Shown: positions 39,467 to 50,624, counted from the stretch's first letter. The stretch: DNA of 64,000 nt from Nitrospinaceae bacterium (GCA_965237905.1 OZ250172.1:2272001-2336000), one strand, 5' to 3'. Made by a program: numbers and translations. Notes: generated from the letters alone by a model not told the origin.

Positions 39467-40372
39467 TCATCGGCGCAGACAATATTTGAGCGTTACATCC
39501 CAGGCAGGAGGAGCGATGCCGAATGCCGACTTCAACTTTTCTGTGGAAAGGGTAGAGTTTTGGGGGCGTTTTGCGGGAGTGGGATACTCAGACGTAGGAA
39601 TGGGGATCAGTTTTGTATCTTGCGATGATGAAGACGCCTCCAGAATCGCCTGAGCGAACCCGAACCAGCTGGTTTGTCCGCCACACACCAGGTTGTACAG
39701 ACCGGAAGCCTGTTCAAAATGGGACAGATCTCCCGGCGAACTCTGCGGCAGGATTTGCGTCAGGACGTTAGTGGTCGCTTGGGCAATGGTCCGGCACCAG
39801 GTGGGAGATCCGATTTGGTCATCGACAATTTTCAGTTCATCCCGCTCTTTCGCTAATCGTTGTATGGTGAGAAGAAAATTGTTCCCCTTCAGTCCGTACA
39901 CCCAGGCAGTCCGGAAAATGAGGTGCGGCAGGCCCGTGGATTGAATGGCTTCGTCACCGGCCAGCTTGGTTTGTCCGTAAACGCCCAGCGGGTTCGGCGA
40001 ATCCTCTTCTGTATAGGGCTCTTGCTTTTCTCCGTCGAATACATAATCGGTGGAATAATGAACCAACGCCGCGCCCAATTTTTTGGCTTCTTCAGCGAGG
40101 ATGGCCGGAGCGGTTCCGTTGACGGCCAGGGCGAGATCCGGCTTCTCCTCGGCTTTGTCCACTGCTGTATAAGCGGCGGCATTGACAATGACATGCGGCT
40201 GAACGTCGCGCAGTTTTTCACGAATGCGGTCCACTTGAGTCAAATCCAAATCCTCTTCTCCGAAGATGATGAGCTCTCCAAGAGGTTGCAGGAGAGAAGA
40301 CAGTTCTCCGCCGACCTGACCCTCTTTGCCGATCAAAAGAATTTTCCATGTGTTTGCAGAAGATGGGGTCAT
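39467..40372 (-). CDS. rfbD: dTDP-4-dehydrorhamnose reductase
   Basis: GKEGQVG, NAAAYTAVD, YSTDYVFDG, YGQTK, DQIGSPT. Confidence 0.95.
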   Translation of the reverse strand: MTPSSANTWKILLIGKEGQVGGELSSLLQPLGELIIFGEEDLDLTQVDRIREKLRDVQPHVIVNAAAYTAVDKAEEKPDLALAVNGTAPAILAEEAKKLGAALVHYSTDYVFDGEKQEPYTEEDSPNPLGVYGQTKLAGDEAIQSTGLPHLIFRTAWVYGLKGNNFLLTIQRLAKERDELKIVDDQIGSPTWCRTIAQATTNVLTQILPQSSPGDLSHFEQASGLYNLVCGGQTSWFGFAQAILEASSSSQDTKLIPIPTSEYPTPAKRPQNSTLSTEKLKSAFGIAPPAWDVTLKYCLRR

Positions 40373-40396
40373 TGCTGTAAAGAGGAAACGAGTGTG

Positions 40397-41284
40397 TTAA
40401 TGGAAAGGACGGTCCTGTTTGAGCAGTTCCAGCAGGTATTGGCCGTAGCCATTTTTTTTGAGAGGAGCGGCCAGCTTCTCCAGCTGGACAGCATCGATGA
40501 GTCCCCTGTTGAAAGCGATTTCCTCCGGACAGGAAATCTTGAGGCCTTGCCGTCTTTCAATGGTCTCGATAAAATTGGTAGCCTCCGTTAATGCATAATG
40601 TGAGCCGGTATCGAGCCAGGCGAAGCCGCGTCCCAAGATCTCAACGGTGAGGTTTTCCTGCTCCAGATATTTTTTATTGACGTCAGTGATTTCCAGCTCG
40701 CCCCGCGCCGAAGGTTTAAGATTGCAGGCAATGTCCACCACATGGTTGTCGTAAAAATAGAGACCGGTCACCGCGTAATGTGATTTGGGTTTCTCCGGTT
40801 TTTCCTCCAGACGGGTCGCTTTACCCTGGGCATCGAATTCCACCACGCCGTATTCCTCCGGATTTTTGACCCAGTAACCGAACACCGTTGCGCCGTTGTT
40901 CCGTTCACGGGCTTTTTTGACGAGATCGGCCAACCCATGCCCATAAAAAACGTTATCGCCCAGGATGAGGCAGCATCCATCGTTCCCGATAAAATCTTTT
41001 CCGATAATAAATGCCTGGGCCAACCCTTCCGGTTTGGGTTGGGGAGCGTAACGGATGTTGATACCCCACTGGCTCCCGTCCTGGAGCAGTTCCTGAAACA
41101 TAGATTGATCGTGCGGAGTGGTGATGATCAGAATATCGGTGATGCCCGACAGCATCAAGGTGGACAGGGGGTAATAGATCATCGGTTTGTCGTAAAGCGG
41201 GAGCAATTGCTTGCTGACCACCGTAGTCAGCGGGTACAGCCGGGTGCCCGATCCACCCGCCAGTATAATACCTTTAGTGATCAT
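40397..41284 (-). CDS. rfbA: glucose-1-phosphate thymidylyltransferase
   Basis: [40 protein letters not shown]. Confidence 0.97.
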   Translation of the reverse strand: MITKGIILAGGSGTRLYPLTTVVSKQLLPLYDKPMIYYPLSTLMLSGITDILIITTPHDQSMFQELLQDGSQWGINIRYAPQPKPEGLAQAFIIGKDFIGNDGCCLILGDNVFYGHGLADLVKKARERNNGATVFGYWVKNPEEYGVVEFDAQGKATRLEEKPEKPKSHYAVTGLYFYDNHVVDIACNLKPSARGELEITDVNKKYLEQENLTVEILGRGFAWLDTGSHYALTEATNFIETIERRQGLKISCPEEIAFNRGLIDAVQLEKLAAPLKKNGYGQYLLELLKQDRPFH

Positions 41285-41296
41285 GGTTGGTTTGCC

Positions 41297-42361
41297 TCAC
41301 TCGTTGCCCAATCCCAGACGCTCACCCCGGTATTCCCCGGAACTGATGCGTTGCGACCATTCCCGGTGGTCGAGATACCACTGGATGGTTTTGCGAATTC
41401 CTGTTTCAAAGGTTTCCTCCGGTTGCCATCCCAATTCGCGTTGCAGTTTACTTGCGTCGATAGCATAACGGCGGTCATGCCCCGGACGATCTTTCACGAA
41501 ACTGATCAGCGCGGCATGCGGTTTGTGCGGAGAATCCGGAACCATTTCGTCGAGCAGGCCACAAATGATTTTCACCACATCCAGATTAGCCATTTCATTA
41601 TGCCCGCCGATGTTGTAGACCTCGCCCACCTGACCGGCTTCCAGAACTTTCAGGATAGCGCGGCAATGATCCTCCACATACAACCAGTCGCGCACTTGGA
41701 GTCCGTCTCCGTAAACCGGGAGCTTTTCGCCTGCCAGAGCCTTTTGAATAATCAGGGGAATCAGCTTTTCCGGAAATTGAAAGGGGCCGTAGTTGTTGGA
41801 GCAGTTCGTCGTTAACATCGGCAATCCATAAGTATGATGATACGCCCGTACCAGATGGTCCGCCCCCGCTTTCGAGGCCGAATAGGGAGAGTTGGGGGCG
41901 TATGAGGTCTCTTCCGTAAAGAAACCTTCCGCGCCGAGACTGCCGTACACTTCATCGGTGGAAACGTGGAGAAAGCGGAGTACTGCGCGGTCTTTCTCCG
42001 GAACCGAGGCATGGTAATTTCGAAACGCTTCCAGTAACTCAAATGTGCCAACCACGTTGGTCTGAATGAACTCGCCGGGGGAATCGATGGAACGATCGAC
42101 ATGAGACTCCGCCGCAAAATTAATGATTGCAGAAGGTTGATGTTGGCCAAGAAGGCTGTTCACCAGTTCCCGGTCCAGAATGGTTCCCTGCACAAAAATA
42201 TGATTGGGGTTGTCCATGACCGGGGCCAGGGTGTCCATATTCCCGGCATAGGTCAACGCGTCCAGATTGATGACCTTGACATCTCCCCGGTCCATGAGAC
42301 CCAGAACGAAATTTCCTCCGATAAAACCAGCGCCACCGGTTACTAAATAGACTTGAGTCAT
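41297..42361 (-). CDS. rfbB: dTDP-glucose 4,6-dehydratase
   Basis: [44 protein letters not shown]. Confidence 0.97.
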   Translation of the reverse strand: MTQVYLVTGGAGFIGGNFVLGLMDRGDVKVINLDALTYAGNMDTLAPVMDNPNHIFVQGTILDRELVNSLLGQHQPSAIINFAAESHVDRSIDSPGEFIQTNVVGTFELLEAFRNYHASVPEKDRAVLRFLHVSTDEVYGSLGAEGFFTEETSYAPNSPYSASKAGADHLVRAYHHTYGLPMLTTNCSNNYGPFQFPEKLIPLIIQKALAGEKLPVYGDGLQVRDWLYVEDHCRAILKVLEAGQVGEVYNIGGHNEMANLDVVKIICGLLDEMVPDSPHKPHAALISFVKDRPGHDRRYAIDASKLQRELGWQPEETFETGIRKTIQWYLDHREWSQRISSGEYRGERLGLGNE

Positions 42362-42532
42362 TGCGGGTCCGTTAAATTATGAGGATGGATTGACCTTTTA
42401 AGAGTTTGATAAAGCTATCGAAAAGTTGGGCAAACTCCAGTAAAGTATTTTAAACTAAATTACCGGCACTGTAAAAACTATATTAAAATTAAATAGTCAT
42501 TCCTTTTAACCTTGTTTATGGAGCGCACCGGA

Positions 42533-44173
42533 TTGAAAATTGCCCTGGCCCAGTTGAATCCCACCATCGGAGATTTTGAGGGGAACTCCCGGAAAATTAT
42601 ACAGGCCTGCCAGGATTCCGAGAAGGCGGGGGCCGGCCTCGTGGTTTTTCCCGAACTGGTTCTCACGGGTTATCCTCCCCGGGACCTTCTCTACAAGCCG
42701 GATTTGGTTTGCGAAGGACAAAAATCGTTGGAGTCCCTGGTGGCCCGTATTCAGGGTCCCGCCGTCCTGATGGGTCATGTCGGGAAACGCGAGAACGGAG
42801 CAGGCAAAGGTTTGACCAACTCCGCCGTGCTTTTCCAGAACGGTCAGGTATTGACTCAGGCCGATAAGGTGCTTCTACCTGCTTACGATGTTTTTGATGA
42901 AACCCGCTATTTTCAAGCGGCGCAGCACCCGGTGATTTACGAATTATCGGGGATTAAACTGGGCATCACTGTTTGCGAGGATATCTGGAACTTTCCCGGT
43001 TTTTACGATCAGGATATCTATCTTTCCAATCCGGTGGAGGAATTGGCTCAGGCCGGAGCGGATATCATCCTGAATGTCTCCGCTTCGCCTTACCGCGTGG
43101 GCCGCTGGCAAACCCGATTGAAACTGGGACAGCATATTGTGGACCGGTTCAAACTTCCTTTCGTGTTGGTCAACCAGGTCGGCGGCAATGACGACCTGCT
43201 GTTCGACGGCCACAGTTTCGCGTTGTCGGCCACGGGTGAGGTCATCGCGCAAGCCAAAGGATTCGAGGAGGATTGTGTTGTCGTGGACCTGGATCAGGGG
43301 CAGGGCGATGTTCGCCCCACGCCGGAATGCGACGAAGATGAAATGTTTCGCGGCCTGGTGATGGGCGTCCGCGATTATCTGAATAAATGCGGTTACAGCA
43401 AAGCGGTGGTGGGTCTTTCCGGAGGCATCGATTCCGCCGTGGTCGCGGCGATCGCCGCGGAAGCATTGGGGGCGGAGCAGGTGATGGGTATCAGCATGCC
43501 CTCCCAGTACACAGCCTCCCAGAGCATTTCCGATGCGGAACGCTTGGCCGGTAATCTGGGTATTACGTTTTCTGTCGTTCCCATCGAAAAGTTGTTTGAA
43601 GAATACAAAAAATCGCTGAGCCCGTTGTTTCCGGGTATGGCGGAAGACGTGACCGAGGAAAACATCCAGGCGCGCATTCGCGGCAACATTTTAATGGCCG
43701 TGTCGAACAAGTTGGGAAGCATGGTGCTTTCCACCGGCAACAAAAGTGAGATGTCGGTGGGCTATTGCACCTTATATGGAGATATGGCCGGGGGATTATC
43801 GGTGATTTCCGACGTGCCCAAGATGAAGGTGTACGCGTTGGCCAATTGGATCAACCGCAAAAGGGAAATTATTCCACGCGCTATTATCGAGCGGCCGCCG
43901 ACGGCAGAGCTAAAGCCCAATCAAACCGATCAGGACAGCCTGCCGCCTTACGAAGTACTCGATTCCATTCTGGAAGGATACGTGGAGAAGCACTGGTCGG
44001 TCGAACGGTTGATCAAAGAGGGGTACGAAGCCGAAATGGTCCGGCAGGTAGTGCGCCAAGTGGACCAAAATGAATACAAACGCAACCAGGCCGCCCCCGG
44101 CCTCAAGGTAACCGCCAAAGCTTTCGGGTCCGGCCGACGCAATCCCATCGCACAAAAATTTCGGTGGTACTAA
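42533..44173 (+). CDS. nadE: glutamine-dependent NAD+ synthetase
   Basis: Nitrilase-fold domain (FPEL, K, CED) plus GLSGGIDS, ENIQARIR, STGNKSE, YGDM; start may be 42512-42533. Confidence 0.95.
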   Translation: MKIALAQLNPTIGDFEGNSRKIIQACQDSEKAGAGLVVFPELVLTGYPPRDLLYKPDLVCEGQKSLESLVARIQGPAVLMGHVGKRENGAGKGLTNSAVLFQNGQVLTQADKVLLPAYDVFDETRYFQAAQHPVIYELSGIKLGITVCEDIWNFPGFYDQDIYLSNPVEELAQAGADIILNVSASPYRVGRWQTRLKLGQHIVDRFKLPFVLVNQVGGNDDLLFDGHSFALSATGEVIAQAKGFEEDCVVVDLDQGQGDVRPTPECDEDEMFRGLVMGVRDYLNKCGYSKAVVGLSGGIDSAVVAAIAAEALGAEQVMGISMPSQYTASQSISDAERLAGNLGITFSVVPIEKLFEEYKKSLSPLFPGMAEDVTEENIQARIRGNILMAVSNKLGSMVLSTGNKSEMSVGYCTLYGDMAGGLSVISDVPKMKVYALANWINRKREIIPRAIIERPPTAELKPNQTDQDSLPPYEVLDSILEGYVEKHWSVERLIKEGYEAEMVRQVVRQVDQNEYKRNQAAPGLKVTAKAFGSGRRNPIAQKFRWY

Positions 44174-44223
44174 TCAGGGAGAGGTTCCGGTCGTGTGCTT
44201 GCTTGATGAGAAAAGGCGGGGTC

Positions 44224-45747
44224 TCAGGAAAAAAACGACTTGGCTTTTCCGACCGCATATTCCTGTTGTTCGGCTGTGACCTCGTTGGCGACCGGCAGGG
44301 CCAGGGTTTCCGCCGCCGCTTTTTCAGCTTCCGGAAAATCCCCTTGTTTGTGGCCGAGGTCCTTGAAACATTCCTGCAGGTGCAGGGGAACCGGATAGTA
44401 AATCTCACAAGCTACATTTTGACCGTTCAGGTATTCCCGCAACGCATCCCGTTTTCCATCGGCGACTCGAACGATGTACTGATTGTAAACATGCCTGGGG
44501 AAAATTTCCTTGGGCAGGGTCAGCTGGTCGGTGAGTCCAGACTTCTGGAAGAGTTTTTGGTAGCGTTGGGCGTTTGTGCGGCGGTCATCCACCCATCCCT
44601 CCAGATGGGGAAGCTTGGCGAGAATGACGGCCGACTGCAGGGCATCGATGCGGAAATTGCCGCCGACCATTTTGTGATAATACTTTGGTTCCATGCCGTG
44701 TACCCGAAGCACTTTCATTTTTTCGTAAAGTTCTTTGGAGCGGGTGGTGACCATTCCAGCATCCCCGAAACCCCCCAGGTTCTTGGTCGGAAAAAAAGAG
44801 AAACAGCCGAAGTCTCCCAAACCGCCGGCGCGTTGGCCTTTGAACTCCGAGCCGATCGCCTGACAAGCATCTTCGATGACCCACAGCTTATGTTTTTTCG
44901 CCAAATCCTGCAGAGGCGTCATGTCTACGCATTGTCCGTACAGGTGGACCGGCATGATGGCTTTGGTTTGGGTCGTGATAGCCGCCTTCGTTTGTTCTAT
45001 ATCCATGTTGAAGGTGACCGGATCGATATCCACAAACACCGGTTTGGCGCCCGTTCGCACGATCGAACCCGCCGTCGCGAAAAAAGTATATGTTGAGGTG
45101 ATCACTTCATCTCCGGGTCCGATGTCCGCCGCCATCAACGCCAACAGCAGGGCATCGGTGCCGGAGGAGACGCCGACCGCATACGGGACCTGGCAATAGG
45201 CCGCAGCTTGCTTTTCCAGTTCGGCCACCTTGGGACCCAGGATGAAATAGCCCGACCGCACCACGTCGAACATTTCCTGTTCCACAGCGTTCCATATTTG
45301 TGGGAATGTGGCGGGAATATTCAGTAAAGGAACCTTGTCTACTTTTGCGAGATCGTCTTTCAGGACTTGCGGTAATTCGTCCGGTTGCAGTGCGCGAATT
45401 CCTGATTGGGCGAAGACTTCCGGCTTCAGAGTGATGATCCCGTCCAGCTTGAACAATTCCACTGTGCGCACTGCCAGGGAATCCAGATAATCCATTTTCG
45501 AAGCGGGCGGCGTTTCCAGCATCTCGGACCCGGTGAGTGAGGCTACCGCAATTCCCTGAAGGACTTTATTGATAGAGGAATGAGCCGCATCTATTTTCAG
45601 GGTTTTGCTCAACTCCGAATGAATGGCTGCCAGAGAGTTCGACAGAACCCATCCCGCGGAATTTTTGTCCCGGCATTGTTCTAAAGTTTTGTGGTCGTTG
45701 CTGGTAATCGCTTGGGTGATAACAGTATGGTGTAGTAAAAATTGCAT
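44224..45747 (-). CDS. DegT/DnrJ/EryC1 aminotransferase with N-terminal degenerate PIN-like domain
   Basis: SGTDAL, PVHLYGQ, EDACQA, SFFPTKNLG; ~140-aa N-terminal extension; AAGGA SD before ATG 45747. Confidence 0.9.
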   Translation of the reverse strand: MQFLLHHTVITQAITSNDHKTLEQCRDKNSAGWVLSNSLAAIHSELSKTLKIDAAHSSINKVLQGIAVASLTGSEMLETPPASKMDYLDSLAVRTVELFKLDGIITLKPEVFAQSGIRALQPDELPQVLKDDLAKVDKVPLLNIPATFPQIWNAVEQEMFDVVRSGYFILGPKVAELEKQAAAYCQVPYAVGVSSGTDALLLALMAADIGPGDEVITSTYTFFATAGSIVRTGAKPVFVDIDPVTFNMDIEQTKAAITTQTKAIMPVHLYGQCVDMTPLQDLAKKHKLWVIEDACQAIGSEFKGQRAGGLGDFGCFSFFPTKNLGGFGDAGMVTTRSKELYEKMKVLRVHGMEPKYYHKMVGGNFRIDALQSAVILAKLPHLEGWVDDRRTNAQRYQKLFQKSGLTDQLTLPKEIFPRHVYNQYIVRVADGKRDALREYLNGQNVACEIYYPVPLHLQECFKDLGHKQGDFPEAEKAAAETLALPVANEVTAEQQEYAVGKAKSFFS

Positions 45748-45799
45748 AGAGTCCTTAATGGGAATGCCCGGCAAGAGCCGGAGGTTGGTTTGTCAATGT

Positions 45800-47104
45800 T
45801 CAGGCTTTGATGATTTTATCCGACTTGATTTTGGAGCAGGCGTTGCGGGTATCCACGACAAGACGGGATTGTTTGACGATGGCTTCGTAATCGTAATCCG
45901 AATGATCGGTTAGGATGACGGTGATGTCAAATTGGCCGATGCTTTCCAGAGAAACCCGTTTTTTGCCGGTGAACTGGGGGTACTCCCGTTTGATGCCGAT
46001 CGATTCAATATAAGGATCATGAAATTCCACTTCGGCTCCGTATTGTAGCAGGAGCTCCATGATTTTGTAACTGGGAGATTCGCGGTCGTCATCAATATTT
46101 TTTTTGTAGGCAAACCCGAGAATCAGAATGCGGCTGCCTTTCACACTGATTCCTTTTTCATTCAACGCCAGCAATATTTTATTGACGACGTATTCCGGCA
46201 TGGCCACGTTGATTTCACCGGCCAACTCGATAAATCGGGTAGTGATTCCGAATTCCCGCGCCTTCCACGTCAGATAGAATGGATCGATGGGAATGCAATG
46301 TCCGCCCAGGCCGGGGCCGGGATAAAAAGGCATGTAGCCGAACGGTTTCGTGCTGGCCGCCTGGATCACTTCCCAGATGTCGATTCCCATCTTGTCAAAA
46401 ATGACTTTCAATTCATTGACCAACGCAATGTTGACGGACCGGAAGATGTTTTCCATCAGTTTGGTGGCTTCCGCCGCCTGCGTGCTGGAAACGGGTACCG
46501 TCTTGTTGATGAACGAAAGGTAAAGTGTGTTGGCGCATTCCATGGCATATTCGGAATCGGCGCCGATGACCTTGGGGATGGTGCTGGTGGAGAAATCTTT
46601 ATTGTTGGGATCTTCCCGCTCTGGAGAGTACGCCACGTAAAAGTCCTGATTGGCCTTCAAGCCGGAACCCGATTCCAGTTCCGGAATCAGCACGTCACGG
46701 GTGGTGCCGGGATAAGTGGTGGACTCCAGGATTACCATCTGGTCTTTTTTAAGGTGAGGAGCGATCTCCCGGGCCGTTGCTACAATAAAACTCATGTCCG
46801 GTTCCCGGTTGGAATTCAAGGGGGTCGGGACACAGATCAAAATACACTCCAAGCTGGAGACGGAGGAAAAATCTGTGGTGGATTTGAATTGCTTCTGCTC
46901 CACCAGTTCCCGGAGGGTTTTCGATGGGATATGTTTGATATAGCTTTCTCCCCGGTTCAATTGGTCCACCTTGGCGGGGTCGATATCCAGTCCCACCACC
47001 TGGAATCCGGCCCGGCCGAATTCGATCACCAGCGGCAGGCCCACATAGCCCAATCCGATAATTCCTATCCGAGCCTGTTTCTGTTTGATTTGTTCCAGAA
47101 GCAT
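45800..47104 (-). CDS. nucleotide-sugar dehydrogenase (WbpA/WecC type)
   Basis: GLGYVGLP, ICVPTP, ESTTYPGTT, SPEREDP, GGHCIPIDP. Confidence 0.93.
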   Translation of the reverse strand: MLLEQIKQKQARIGIIGLGYVGLPLVIEFGRAGFQVVGLDIDPAKVDQLNRGESYIKHIPSKTLRELVEQKQFKSTTDFSSVSSLECILICVPTPLNSNREPDMSFIVATAREIAPHLKKDQMVILESTTYPGTTRDVLIPELESGSGLKANQDFYVAYSPEREDPNNKDFSTSTIPKVIGADSEYAMECANTLYLSFINKTVPVSSTQAAEATKLMENIFRSVNIALVNELKVIFDKMGIDIWEVIQAASTKPFGYMPFYPGPGLGGHCIPIDPFYLTWKAREFGITTRFIELAGEINVAMPEYVVNKILLALNEKGISVKGSRILILGFAYKKNIDDDRESPSYKIMELLLQYGAEVEFHDPYIESIGIKREYPQFTGKKRVSLESIGQFDITVILTDHSDYDYEAIVKQSRLVVDTRNACSKIKSDKIIKA

Positions 47105-47383
47105 TCTATATACCGCCCCGACAAAGAGGCCGGGCCTGAGTTGAGGTGAAACCTTGATATTGAAATGATTGTACTATTGTTGTTCGATCCGGAAACCTGA
47201 TTTCCCCATGTCTTCAACGGAGATGGAGTCGGTACACCCGTCGGGCAGGGGGACCGATGATGCATTTGTTCCTTTATTAGTATAAAAGCAATTTCCATGA
47301 ATCAGGGTAGGGAAAAAGCAGTCCGGGCGGTAATTTTTACATTTTGAGGAATTTCCACCCCCAAACCGGGAAAATCTGGCAAA

Positions 47384-47605
47384 ATGGTCTTGGATAATAG
47401 CCATCCCCGAATCAGAAACCAAGCCGAGGTGGGTTTGATGATCGACGAAATCAATTATTTCCCTGAACGGGAAAACTACCAGAAAAAGAAAAAAGTCGAT
47501 GAGGACTGGAAGGAATTGAAAAAGCAGAAGATTTTTCACGATTCCAAAAAAACGAATAAGCCGGACGCTACCCGCAAACCCAAGCCGCCTCCGAAAAAAA
47601 AATAA
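47384..47605 (+). CDS. small basic hypothetical protein
   Basis: 73-aa Lys-rich ORF in an intergenic gap; start uncertain. Confidence 0.35.
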   Translation: MVLDNSHPRIRNQAEVGLMIDEINYFPERENYQKKKKVDEDWKELKKQKIFHDSKKTNKPDATRKPKPPPKKK

Positions 47606-47763
47606 TCCATTCCGAAATTCATTCTCTTTCTGAGGAATCACCTTCAAAAAACAGTTTTTTAAGTTTGGTTTATTCTGCTCTCCTATTATATAATTTCCGG
47701 GAAAATCCTACTATTTAAACCATTCACTTCATCCTTGGAGCCGTGTCAAACGGTTGATTTATA

Positions 47764-49035
47764 ATGAAATTACATATGCTATCCCTATTTAGAGTTTCCT
47801 CTTTTTTAATGATTGTCTGTTTGTTTTTACCTCAATCCCTTTGGGCTGATGAGAGGCCGTGGCTGGCCAAGGGCGATCAGGCGGTCATGGACCAAAAGTA
47901 TGGCCAGGCGGAGAGTCATTATTCCAAAGCCCTGAAGGCCGACCCCGAAAGCCCCAGAACTTTGCGCGCCCTGGCGGAGGTGAAAGTCGCCCTAAAAAAA
48001 TACAAAGAGGCAAAAGTCTTGATCGATAAGATACTGGCCATGCCCGTGGCCAATGGACGGGATGTCCTGGTGTTTTATAAAGGAGAATCTCAGGGACAGG
48101 AAGCCGAGTTGGTGGATGAATTGGTGATCTCCCCCCAGCGCATCAATAGCAACATGAGGAACTATCTCGATACCCAAAGCGACAAGCCGATTCCCCACTA
48201 CCGATTGTTTTTCAAAAAGAAGGGCAAGATGGAATTGGTGCCGCAAAGTGTGGTGCGCCTCAAGTATAAAGGTGTCCTGCGCCGGGTGTATGAACATGTT
48301 GAGGAACTGAACCGGGAGGTCAACCGGCACCTCATCGCGGCTAAGGGAAGCCGGGGCGCCGCCGAGATGGTAGTGCTCAAGGGCGGATGTTTCAAGATGG
48401 GAAATGACAAGGGGTTGCCCGACGAGCAACCGGCCCATGAAGTCTGCTTGTCTCCGTTCAAAATGGACAAGTACGAAGTGACGCAGGCTGAATTTCAATC
48501 CGTGATGGGGCTGGACAATCCCTCGCATTATTCCGGAGCGGAGTTCCCGGTCGACAGCGCCACCTGGTTCGAGGCGGATCGATATTGTAAAAAATTGAGC
48601 AAGCGTTTGCCTACGGAAGCCGAATGGGAATATGCCGCCCGCGGCGGAACCACCACCCGTTTCTATTGGGGGGATACCGTGAAAGGCAAGGAAGCCAATT
48701 TCTGCGACAAGAGCTGTGTGTTGAACACGCGGGTCGCATCCATCAGCGATGGTTATTCGGGACCCGCGCCGCCGGGAAAATTTCCCGCTAACCCCTACGG
48801 CTTGTACGATATGGCTGGTAACCTGGCGGAGTGGACCAACGATTGGATGAATGAAAATTATTACCGGAACAGCCCCAAAGACAATCCGCCGGGATCGCAT
48901 CCCACCACTGCCAAAGTGGTTCGGGGCGGCAGTTGGGAAAGCACCGCCGGGTTTTTGAGAAGTTCCAACCGGGCCGCTTACTGGGTCAAAATGCGCAACT
49001 ACGCCATCGGCTTCCGCTGCGTTTCCAGTTCGTGA
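47764..49035 (+). CDS. exported TPR + SUMF1/FGE-sulfatase domain protein
   Basis: Signal peptide, TPR, MDKYEVT, RLPTEAEWEYAARGG, NPYGLYDMAGN, RGGSW, GFRC; lacks the FGE catalytic Cys pair. Confidence 0.9.
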   Translation: MKLHMLSLFRVSSFLMIVCLFLPQSLWADERPWLAKGDQAVMDQKYGQAESHYSKALKADPESPRTLRALAEVKVALKKYKEAKVLIDKILAMPVANGRDVLVFYKGESQGQEAELVDELVISPQRINSNMRNYLDTQSDKPIPHYRLFFKKKGKMELVPQSVVRLKYKGVLRRVYEHVEELNREVNRHLIAAKGSRGAAEMVVLKGGCFKMGNDKGLPDEQPAHEVCLSPFKMDKYEVTQAEFQSVMGLDNPSHYSGAEFPVDSATWFEADRYCKKLSKRLPTEAEWEYAARGGTTTRFYWGDTVKGKEANFCDKSCVLNTRVASISDGYSGPAPPGKFPANPYGLYDMAGNLAEWTNDWMNENYYRNSPKDNPPGSHPTTAKVVRGGSWESTAGFLRSSNRAAYWVKMRNYAIGFRCVSSS

Positions 49036-49070
49036 TTTTTAGGGACGGGTCAGGAGCTGGGTTTGCCCTC

Positions 49071-50624
49071 TCATGCCGGGTTCAGGGCGGCCCGAACTTC
49101 TTCCCGGAGCTGGGTCTTTAGAATTTTCCCAACCGTGTTTTTGGGCAGGGTTTCATAGAATTGGAAATGGTCGGGAACGCTGAAGGGGGGCAGTTTCTCG
49201 CGGCAGTATTGTTTTAATTCCGACTCCGTTGCTTGCTGGCCTTCTTTCAAAACGACACAGGCCACGACCTGTTCCCCCAACCGTTGATGAGGAATTCCCA
49301 CCGCTGCGGCTTCCATGAGGGCCGGGTGATTGATCAGAACATTTTCGATGGCCAGGGGCGCGACGTTTTCTCCAGCGCGAATGATCAAATCCTTTTTTCT
49401 GCCTGCGGAGATATACAAACGGCCCTGTTCGTCGAGATGCCCCAAGTCTCCAGTTTTAAACCAACCGTCTGCGGTTAACGCCTCGCGGCTTTCTTCCGGG
49501 AGTTTCCAGTAACCCGACATCACCGTTGTCCCCTTGACAAAAATTTCTCCTACGTCGCCCGGCGGGACGGCTTGTCCCTGTTCGTCAACGATTTTCACCT
49601 GTACGTTGGGCAGTACCGGGCCGACGGAGCTCACCACGCTTCCCTCCTTTATCGTATTGACGGAAATCACAGGTGAGGTTTCCGTCAGGCCGTAACCTTC
49701 GAGGACGGTGACCTTCATCACATCTTCGACCTTATGGAGCAAGGCGTGGGGAAGTGCCGCTCCACCCGAAATGCAATAACGCAACGAGGAAAGGTTGTAT
49801 TCCCCGCGCGCCACCAGTTGCACCAGGAACGAATAGATCGTTGGGACAAGGGGAAGCACTGTAGCCTGATGCCGGTCGATGATGGACAAAATGGCTTTCG
49901 GTTGAAACTGAGGCAATAGGATCAATGTGCCCCCGACGCGGAGAATCAACAGCGCGATCATGTTGCCGAACGAATGGAACAGGGGGAGAGCCATGATTGC
50001 CCGATCTTCGCGTTGAAGCGGCAAATGAACCTCAACCCCTTTCGAGTTGGCGTCAAACATGCTTTCGTTCAATATCACACCCTTGGGTTTTGCGGTGGTG
50101 CCGGAAGTGTACATGATGACGTCTGGAATCCCTTCAGTGCGTGAATGGCGGGACTGCGCCTTATCCGGTTGGGCCGACTGGAGAAAGTCATCGAACGGGA
50201 TCGTGCCTTCAACGGGCAACCCTAAATCCGGAGCCGGAGAAGTGGTGATGCGCACTTTAAATTTCGAAAAAAAAGGTGCAGTCTCCGGTTTGATGAAAGC
50301 CGGGTTGACCACCAGATGATCCACCCCTGCGTCCTGGGTGATATAGATCAGATCCTCGGGTGTCAGCATAAAATTGTAGGGAACCACCGGCAGGCCCTTG
50401 AGCAGAGCGCCGAGAAGAGCGATCAGGTATTCTTTCTGATTGAGGCACAACAGACCCAATTTGCTGTCAGGTTTGAGCGCAAGAGAATCGAGCCCTCCGG
50501 CAAAGCGCTCCACCTGATCCAACAATTGGGCATACATGACCGTGGTTTCGCCATCGATAATAGCGGGATGGTCCGGTTGGGCTTCGGCGTGAGTTTTAAT
50601 GAATTGGTAAAATTCGAGAGCCAT
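49071..50624 (-). CDS. acyl-CoA synthetase / long-chain fatty acid-CoA ligase family
   Basis: YTSGTTAKPKG, EGYGLTE, FKTGDLG, GRKKD, LPKNTVGK. Confidence 0.92.
   Translation of the reverse strand: MALEFYQFIKTHAEAQPDHPAIIDGETTVMYAQLLDQVERFAGGLDSLALKPDSKLGLLCLNQKEYLIALLGALLKGLPVVPYNFMLTPEDLIYITQDAGVDHLVVNPAFIKPETAPFFSKFKVRITTSPAPDLGLPVEGTIPFDDFLQSAQPDKAQSRHSRTEGIPDVIMYTSGTTAKPKGVILNESMFDANSKGVEVHLPLQREDRAIMALPLFHSFGNMIALLILRVGGTLILLPQFQPKAILSIIDRHQATVLPLVPTIYSFLVQLVARGEYNLSSLRYCISGGAALPHALLHKVEDVMKVTVLEGYGLTETSPVISVNTIKEGSVVSSVGPVLPNVQVKIVDEQGQAVPPGDVGEIFVKGTTVMSGYWKLPEESREALTADGWFKTGDLGHLDEQGRLYISAGRKKDLIIRAGENVAPLAIENVLINHPALMEAAAVGIPHQRLGEQVVACVVLKEGQQATESELKQYCREKLPPFSVPDHFQFYETLPKNTVGKILKTQLREEVRAALNPA

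Noticed and set aside
44164..47149. Long antisense ORFs (44164-45096, 46298-47149; also 13284-14231, 40937-41815, 47992-48900, 52129-52959)
   Set aside because: They are shadow frames of well-supported genes on the opposite strand and show no recognisable motifs
47297..47605. Possible TGA read-through (selenocysteine) joining ATG 47297 to the 73-aa ORF
   Set aside because: There is no redox-motif context and no convincing SECIS-like hairpin after TGA 47345
47764..49035. FGE-sulfatase (C-type lectin fold) gene as a diversity-generating retroelement target
   Set aside because: No reverse transcriptase and no template repeat of its 3' end is seen in the window
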